Origin: Octopus vulgaris
Taxonomy: Eukaryota
DNA length: 64,000 bases
NCBI GenBank assembly: GCA_951406725.2
Contig: OX597834.1
Span: 34,596,001 to 34,660,000, forward strand
Direction of reading: 5' to 3'
The position numbers were made by a program, and so were the translations under genes. Below the pieces are notes generated by a model that was not told the origin of the DNA, searched no databases, and saw only the letters and a program-made list of their open reading frames with translations. How positions within the stretch are numbered: position 1 is the first letter of the stretch; each line of letters opens with the position of its first letter. Shown here one piece after another: positions 56,381 through 64,000 of this stretch.

Positions 56381-57277
56381 AAAACTTCAACACCGCCAGA
56401 GGTTACACAACGTCGATGGAACACGTCAAGTGTTGCACCGAACACTGCAACCACCAACACATGAAACGGTTGCAAGCCCTAAAACATTGAATCACTCAGT
56501 GCAAGACAGACACCACAGCAAGTGGTTGGGTCTACGAAATGTTTCATCACAAGCCATCTTTTTATCACGTTCTCTCTTTCTTCCTGCTCATTCATTCATT
56601 CATTCATTTGGAAGACAGACATTGCAGAAACGGTTTGAGATAATATATCTATCACCCCGATCGGCAAATGGAACGATAAGAAGAAGAAGAAAAGAGAAAG
56701 AGAGAGAGAAAAAGCGGGTTGGGGAAGAAGAAGAAGAAAAGGCAATTTTAAACGGTAAAAAGTATTATCAATGAATGAAAATGAAATAGAGAAATACGCG
56801 ATGGTGAAGAGGAGGGAGAGAATATTTCGTTTGGAAGTCGTCCTCTGGGAAGACAGAGAAAGACAGACAGAGAGAAGATGCACCAGTAGCATGTGCAACA
56901 ATGAGCAGCAAACATGAAACATGCCACAACTCGTTCTAGCCTCCCAAATCATTCTTGTTATATAAAACACTGCATCAAAACCACCACCTCCTTCTGCTCG
57001 TTACATACACAAAAATAAAACAGCGCACACCGATCGCTTCAACATATATGTTATACATATAATATAATATAAATAAGACAATGCGTATGGGGGTTGAGGG
57101 GCAGAGCGAAGTAGTAGTGTGTTTTCCGGGGGTTTCTTTTTCTTTTTGTCTTTTTTCTCCTAAAGGGTTCCCCCCCTACCCACACTTTTCTTCTCCGCGT
57201 AGAATCGGAATAAATATATATATATATATATGTGTGTGTATAATATTTATAGATATATGCATATTTTTTTTCCTTAC

Positions 57278-57375
57278 CTTAGACCATTGAAAAGCTGTTT
57301 TGATTTTTCTAGTAAATGACAGAACTCATTTACGACCTTTTTCTCATTCTCATCCATTGTCATATCTAGCGACAT
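57278..57375 (-). CDS. SCAI: First coding exon of SCAI (suppressor of cancer cell invasion) orthologue; partial CDS
   Basis: Minus strand reads ATG TCG CTA GAT ATG ACA ATG GAT GAG AAT GAG AAA AAG GTC GTA AAT GAG TTC TGT CAT TTA CTA GAA AAA TCA AAA CAG CTT TTC AAT GGT CTA AG|GTAAGG = MSLDMTMDENEKKVVNEFCHLLEKSKQLFNGL(R). This matches the conserved SCAI N-terminal motif as I recall it (vertebrate ERKTVTDFCYLLDKSKQLFNGLRDLP). Canonical donor in phase 2, in-frame upstream TGA, CpG-rich setting. Confidence 0.9.
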
Positions 57376-57730
57376 GTTGGAGTCGTCAATCGCTACGCCA
57401 TAGTCTTGCGAGTAGGGAACACTTCCAGATCAGCAGACAATCATCGATGACCATTACGGATGGCGCAACGCGCAATAACAGCAGCAGTAGTATTAGTAGT
57501 AATAGTAATAGTAGTAGCAACAAGGCTTTTTTGGGTGAACGATGACGGAGACTGTTGTGTGTGATAGTGGCGGCAGTGAACGATCGAAAAGGAGAAGGAG
57601 GTGACGAGGAGAGGCAAAATAGGAAAATACAACCGGAGTGAGAGAGAGTCTGTAAGAGAGAGAGAGAGAGCAAGTAGGAAACGAGGAGAGAGAGGGAAAG
57701 CGACGAGAGAACTACGAGAGAGAGATGAAT
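57376..57730 (-). promoter_or_regulatory. Probable SCAI 5' UTR / proximal promoter with uORFs and a (CT)n-rich tract
   Basis: CpG-rich unique sequence directly upstream of the ATG. Upstream ATGs include a 22-codon uORF at 57454->57386. Pyrimidine-rich (CT)n on the sense strand at about 57640-57725. The TSS cannot be placed exactly. Confidence 0.55.
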
Positions 57731-58362
57731 GGATTGATAGAGGATATTACATACATACATACATACATACATTTATACGTATATTGTGTGTGTGAGAGTG
57801 TGTAATAGATATATAAATACATATATACACATAATATATATATATATATATACGTACATACATATATATATATACGTGTGTATGTATATATGTATGGAGA
57901 AATGGATGGAGATGGTCTTTTATTTACACAAACTAACTGTAAAAAAAGCAGTTGTTTTTGTTTTATATTTTCCTTAGTTTCATTATATACATATATATAT
58001 ATATATGTATATATATGTATATGTATATAAGTGTATATGTATATATATGTATATTAGCAAAACTGATAAGGAGTAAATAGTCTTTCTATATCAAAGCGAA
58101 AGAGGCGGAGGAGAGAGAGAGAGGTAAGGAGGAGGAAAAGAGAAAGACTACTATGGCAGAAATAAGGGGAGTGTGAGGGGGGGACAAGAGGGAATATTGT
58201 AGATGATGAGGAGGAGAGAAGTGCGGGGGTGGAGGTTGAGGTAGAGGTGGTTGTGTGGTGGGGGGGGTGATACTGAAGACTACTATTATGTATTACAGAA
58301 AGGTATGGTGATGATGGTTGTAAAGATGTTGGTGGTGATGATGATGATGATATCGGTGGTAG

Positions 58363-58396
<34 letters not shown>

Positions 58397-58918
58397 GGTG
58401 GTGGTGTATAATAACGAGAGCTGTGTTGGAGTGTGAAGAACTGTGTTGCTGGCGTATGTGTGGGAGGTATGGTTTATGGTATGGAAGGCAAAGGAACATA
58501 CTTTCTCCAGAACTGTGTGGGTGGTAATGTTGAATATTTTTACAGGAGAAAAACGAAAATTATCGGCAAACAAATTAATAAAAATGATTAGGCTTTTCGT
58601 TGTTTGTTAGTTTTCTTTTTAGATGATGATGATGATGATAATGATGATGATGATAGTGGTGGTGATGGTCATGGTGGTGGTGATGGTGGTAGTGGTGGTG
58701 GTGGGGGTGGGGAATGTGTGTGATAATGCTGGTAGTGGTTAAGAGATTCATCAAAAAAAAATTTACTTGCAAAGGTCTCCTTAATAATGATTTGTGATAT
58801 TGGCACAAGGCGAAAAATTAATGGGAGTGGGGGAAGGGGGAGTAAAATCGATATGATCGATTAAATCAAACCCAGTATCTGACTGGTATTATACTTAAAT
58901 AATATCAACAACAACAAC

Positions 58919-58960
<42 letters not shown>

Positions 58961-59123
58961 CCTTTCTACTAAAGGCACAAGGCCTGAAATTTTTGGAGAG
59001 GGGACTTGTCAATTACATTGACCCTGGTGCTTCACTGGTACTTAATTTGTCGACCCCGAAAGGATGAAAAGCAAAGTCAACCTCAACGAATTTTGAACTG
59101 AGAACATAAACACAGACAATAAC

Positions 59124-59173
<50 letters not shown>

Positions 59174-59820
59174 TAATTAATAATAATAATATCAATACAT
59201 TGTATGATGAAAAAACTTCTTTTTTTTTTAAATATATACTGATTGTTTAATAGTAAGTAGCAAACAGAAAACTAATTATTCTATCTTCTGATCAATACGA
59301 GTGGTGTAGATGTTATAATTCTATGCATACTCTCAAGAAATATCAATTGGTGTACGTTTAAGAACTGTTCTTCACATTGATTAAATAAGAGTATACACTA
59401 TTCCGAGTGTATGCATGCGTCGGTGGCGACTGAGTGTTTGTGTGTGTGTGTGTGTGCCTATGTGTGATTCTGCAAGGTGGGGGTGATGTAAGTGGATGCC
59501 AGATGCATGTGTGAGTGTGTGTGTGTGTGTGTATGTGTGCGTGTGTGTGTGTGTGTGTGTGTCCACGCACCAGGAGAAAAGAAGATGCAGTGTAATACAA
59601 CTGGATAAATGGAGCAGGGGTGGGAGGCAAGGAGAAAAGGGGGAGGGAACAACAGGTTTCATTTTGGCCTGGTGCTGGTGTGGTTGCACTCTGGCTGCAT
59701 GCATTACTTCTGACATTGTTTTGCATCAGCTGCACATTAACAGTGCTTGCAGTAAGTAAATAAATAAAATAAAATAAAATAAATCAGTCAAAAAAAAAAA
59801 ATCACAGAATGTAAAAATCA

Positions 59821-59876
<56 letters not shown>

Positions 59877-59934
59877 TGTTGATATGAGACCTCTCTTCTA
59901 ATTGCATCCTTTTAGCATATTAGTTAGCCTTCAT

Positions 59935-60345
59935 CAAGATCATCATCATCATCACCACCACCACCACCACCACCACCATCCTCACTACCACCATTTGTAC
60001 CACCAACACCATTATCATCATCATCAACATCATCATCATCATCATCATCATCACCATCACGACCACAACCACTGCCAATCACCATCACCCATCACCATCA
60101 CCATCACTATCATCATCACCACCACTCATCCTCATCATCTTCATCGTCCGCATCGTCTTCATCATTTTCATTTTTATCGTTACTGTCATTATCATCATCA
60201 CACATTATCAACATTATCATTATCATCATAACTATGCCATCATCATCATCATCATCATCATATTTTGCCATCAGCGGCAGCATCACTACCACCACCACCA
60301 TAATCATTATAGTATTCTACTCCATCACCATCATCATCATTGATT
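59935..60345 (+). repeat. Compound (CAT)n/(CAC)n microsatellite
   Basis: Direct reading. It generates the spurious poly-His ORF. Complementary (GAT/GGT)n tracts lie at about 58305-58410 and 58620-58740. Confidence 0.9.
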
Positions 60346-60889
60346 CAATGTACATATTTTAATTTCTTTCTCTTTTTACCTTTACCAGCATGAGTTTACA
60401 GTTCTGCAAATAAATTTCTCCTTGTATTTTAACCTAGCATCAATTTCATCTGCCCCTGTAAAATCAAACGTTTTCAGATCTGAAAAATAAACCCCTTTGA
60501 CTCAAATCTTTTTTGCCTACCCCCTACCCACCAATTCCCACCCACATCGTGTACCCCCTACCCACTAGTAATCTCTGTCATCACTTCATGTCCATTCTTC
60601 CTTTAATTACAATCAACTGTTCTCTTTTGTTTTCCTAAACTGTACAGAAATCTACCAAAATCTTAAACATTGACTTGTTTTTGCAACTCATTTGCATAAT
60701 TTTTATTCCAGGCATCATGGCTGTGTGTCTAAAGGGCTTGCTTTGCAACCACATGGTTTTAAGTTCAGTCCCACTGCACTGTACCTTGGGTCAGAGTCTT
60801 CTGCTAGAGACCCAGGCTGACCAATGCCTTGTAAGTGAATTTGGTCAATAGAAAATATGTGAAAAACTATCACACGTGCGCACACGCAT

Positions 60890-60926
<37 letters not shown>

Positions 60927-62279
60927 TGAAGAAATGAAAGTAATAATTAAAAAAATAGTAAAAAAAAAGAAAGAAAAATACATGAGCACTCAGTTTTATT
61001 TGAAAATTGCATTCCCACTATTCCAGTTCTTTTGTTTCCTGTAAACATTCACTGAACTAAAACTCAAAAAGAAAATAAACACTTGTTTAAGATGATGATT
61101 ATGAAAAGAGACACCATGCACGGCAGAGAGCAGAGATGAAGCAAAAGTTCTTGAACGCTTTTCAAATAAATGCCTACTTAGTTATCAACCATCCATTACT
61201 AAGTTAATGAGGCAAATTATTTGTTCCTTATATTATCTGATACTTTTAGGAAATTCTTGTTTGCATATCCATTTCATCTGCCAGCATCAATGTAAGAGAG
61301 TGGTCTGTGACATTAATCAAAGATGCAATGAATTCATCCTTTGTCTATCGTTACAATGTTTCTGGTAAATTAATGACTTGTTGTTGGAACTGTAGATTAT
61401 TGTAGAATTCTGTGAGAGTTTCAGCCTGCAACAAAGTGTGTCAATAGAGTGCTGACCTCTCACATAAAAGGTCAATGAGTCATAAAGCACTGCATAGTCA
61501 ACATGGCACTAAATTATACCATTTATCACCATGAAACTGCAAAGCCATGTCACTGCTTAAACAAAAGAATAGTTGTTATTGTTGTTTAATAGCAAATTGG
61601 TCTTAATTGAGAAGACCTATAACAAAAAGTTTTCCATCCATGGCTATCCTGCCTTTTGGTCAGGCATCAGGTTTCTATCTAATACTACATTATCTAATAT
61701 AGTGTTTTAAAAATTGTGAAGGGCGATTTGATGGAAATTTAACTGTTATTTTTAGCAGGTCAAGCATCATTTTAGAGGCTCCCTCATCGGCTCATATCAA
61801 ATCTACTCGAATTTTTGCATGTATATTTTAATCTCTTTTTGCCTGTTGTCACCATAACATATCCAGATATAAACACACATGAGAATAAACAAAACAAAAA
61901 AGAACATGAATAACAGAATAAGATTAGACATGGGACATAGCTACTTCTCTTTTAGGCTTTGCACTTGGAGTTTTGTAGTGTAAAGGATGAAAAAGGTCTC
62001 TTATCTTGCGACTCCAAAAAGAAACTTCTCGACCATCAGCTGGAATTGAAACTCTACCCAACCTTCAGGCCAGTAGATAGAATTCCCAAGGATGCCTTTC
62101 ACATATTTCTATTTCTCAGTCATTGCCCTAGCAAAAAGAGGACATTCAAATCACCTGCTTTGTTACCTGTAATGAATATACCCTGAGACATGGATGCTGA
62201 AATCTCAAAGAAAATAAGTATAAAGTTTAACAAATGACTGGAACCTCATACAGTTCATCAGTGTTATTGTAAGAAATAG

Positions 62280-62900
62280 ATGCCTCTTAGTGATACTGAG
62301 AATCTGTATATGGAAATTATAAGACAATGTACCACAAGGTATTGTACTGGCTCCAACATCTACACAAATGGACAACTGAAAGATGATAGTGCCAAGTGTT
62401 TTATTTATGCCAATGATTTATGTATAGCATGCCAAAGGGAAAATTTCAATGAAATCAAAACAAGCCTGAACATCACTTTACACAATCTAAGCTTTTTTCA
62501 ACAAAGGTAATTATTTAATTGCAAAATACCTGTATCTTCATTCCATCAAAGAAACAAGGAAGTGAATATCTTATGATATAGAACTAAGGTAAACCGCTGC
62601 TTGAATGCCAAATACCTTGGGTGTACTAGACCAGATTCTAATATCCAGGAAGCACTTAGATACTCTAAGAGACAAGTTGGACAGGCAAATGGTATTCTAT
62701 AAAATCAAGAAAGTTCTCAGCAATATTGTGATTCTCAAGCACTCAGAATTACAGATTTTGCTCTGCAAAATATGGGCTAAATCTTCACATACAAGATCTC
62801 TAGACACCGTTCTCAATGAAACATACCAATGCCTCAGACATAAACATTAATACCATATATTAGAAGGAATGTTGCCAGCAAAGATGAAACTCAAAAACAG
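62280..62900 (+). mobile_element. Decayed non-LTR reverse transcriptase fragment (Ingi/Vingi-like, I group)
   Basis: VPQGIVLAPT from 62329, then NIYTNGQ...FIYANDLCIACQ (degenerate YADD), AKYLG/VLDQILISRKHL, and WAKSSHTRSLDTVLNET, across frameshifts. Confidence 0.8.
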
Positions 62901-62949
62901 ATGTCTTATGAAAACTCTCTATTCTATGGAAATCAGTAAATATGAAGAA

Positions 62950-63800
62950 GATTAAAATCAAGAAAAAGTTGCATTATATTCACTATTTCTATATGTGTGT
63001 CCAAAGAATCATTCTGGTAAATATCCTATAAATGCAAAATATGAAGATGGAACCAACAGAAAATGGGTTGATATGCTCAGATTCACATGAAATGAGTGGA
63101 CCTTTCTCAATCAGCTCAATACCTGGTTTTGGTTTAAGAAAGGCACCAAAGTGAAATGTGAGACAATGTAGAATTCCCTTTTTGTAACTGTAGAACACAA
63201 CCCAAATCACGTGTCCATTGCTGGCTTACCTGTAATTAGTTTCTTCTTGTTTAAAAATTTGGGAAATAACACAAAGAATCACAAAATTGGAGACATTCAT
63301 CCAGGTAGACAAGTGACTATCTGTAAGCTTCATGCACAACTGGACTTTGGTCACAATGCATTACAGAAGATGGTAGAAGACTTTGGGTTTTGAAAACAGT
63401 GTATAAAGTGGGTACCTTGGCAGTTGACACCAAATTTGGTGAAGAGAAGGGTGGAAGACTGCTTTGATGTGCTGGAAACATTTAAAATCAATGAAAACAT
63501 GTTTTTTGTTCTTTTTGCTATCGAGTCATAGGGAATGAAACCTGAGCATATCTTCATGATCTGGAAATGAAGCTTCAATCCATGGAACAGCATCACACCT
63601 TTTCTCCAAGGCCAAAGACATTCAAGGGCCAGCAATTGGTCCAGTAAATCATGGTGACTGTTTTGGGGAATGACAAGTATGTCCCCATTCTTTTTGATTT
63701 TCTGTATCATGAACAGTAAGTTATACATTGGGACATTTGGAAATGAATCAGGCAAGCAGCAAATTGAGTTAACATATGTTGACCACTGCATGCACCACCG
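62950..63800 (+). mobile_element. Decayed mariner (Tc1/mariner) transposase pseudogene
   Basis: Frame from 63211 gives RQVTICKLHAQLDFGHNALQKMVEDFGF*KQCIKWVPWQLTPNLVKRRVEDC (HTH region plus WVPxxL motif at 63409-63429). After a frameshift, GNET*AYLHDLEMKLQSMEQHHTFSPRPKTFK..IMVTV..LFDFL resembles GDETW..YDPETK.QSMEW...SPRPKKFK...KVMVTVFWD. Stops and frameshifts present; ends not located. Confidence 0.85.
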
Positions 63801-64000
63801 GTGGTTCATCACAATCATCATATGCACCACCAGTGGTACAGTTTCAGAATTTGAGAAAATATTTTATTTTGCATCTTTGACATGGTTCCAAGATGCATAC
63901 ATAATACACACACACATATGATACATGCATAATACACACAGACACACACATACATACACACACACACACACACACATCTATACAATTTCCCATGTCGGCA

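Larger units (their letters stand above)
52230..57800. promoter_or_regulatory. CpG-retaining (putatively unmethylated) domain around the SCAI 5' end
   Basis: CG dinucleotides are visibly frequent here and scarce over most of 1-52200. Repeat copies inside the zone keep CpGs that sister copies outside have lost. Confidence 0.6.

Noticed and set aside
55636-56490. 284-aa ORF, the longest in the window
   Set aside because: It lies on a ~38-nt minisatellite whose unit is not a multiple of 3 and happens to lack stops. It is antisense to SCAI and shows no recognisable domain.
59655-59757. Possible plus-strand exon ending in GCA|GTAAGT
   Set aside because: No polypyrimidine tract at the acceptor and no recognisable peptide.
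59902-60231. Poly-His ORF, and the many YI/CV/HT-repeat ORFs elsewhere
   Set aside because: These are translations of (CAT)n, (TA)n and (CA)n microsatellites.
63351-63830. 159-aa minus-strand ORF
   Set aside because: It is the antisense shadow of the decayed mariner transposase on the plus strand.

Overview
AT-rich, microsatellite- and SINE-dense animal DNA. The SINE sequences look like those of Octopus (coleoid cephalopod; recognised from memory, not searched). The only host coding sequence I can support is a 98-nt first coding exon of SCAI on the minus strand (57375->57278, MSLDMTMDENEKKVVNEFCHLLEKSKQLFNGL-R, ending at an AG|GTAAGG donor), which the ORF track misses. I found no exon 2 by eye, so bases 1-57277 are probably one very large first intron. 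That intron is CpG-depleted except for a CpG-retaining zone of about 5.5 kb around the exon. The rest is tRNA-derived SINEs, hAT-, piggyBac- and Helentron-type non-autonomous elements, decayed RTE, CR1/L2-like and Ingi-like LINE fragments, a decayed mariner transposase, a ~38-nt minisatellite and several long palindromes. Two palindromes (12589-12789 and 20882-20972) consist of inverted pairs of degenerate minimal hammerhead-ribozyme-like motifs; this is the most unusual signal. Almost all listed ORFs are microsatellite or repeat artefacts.
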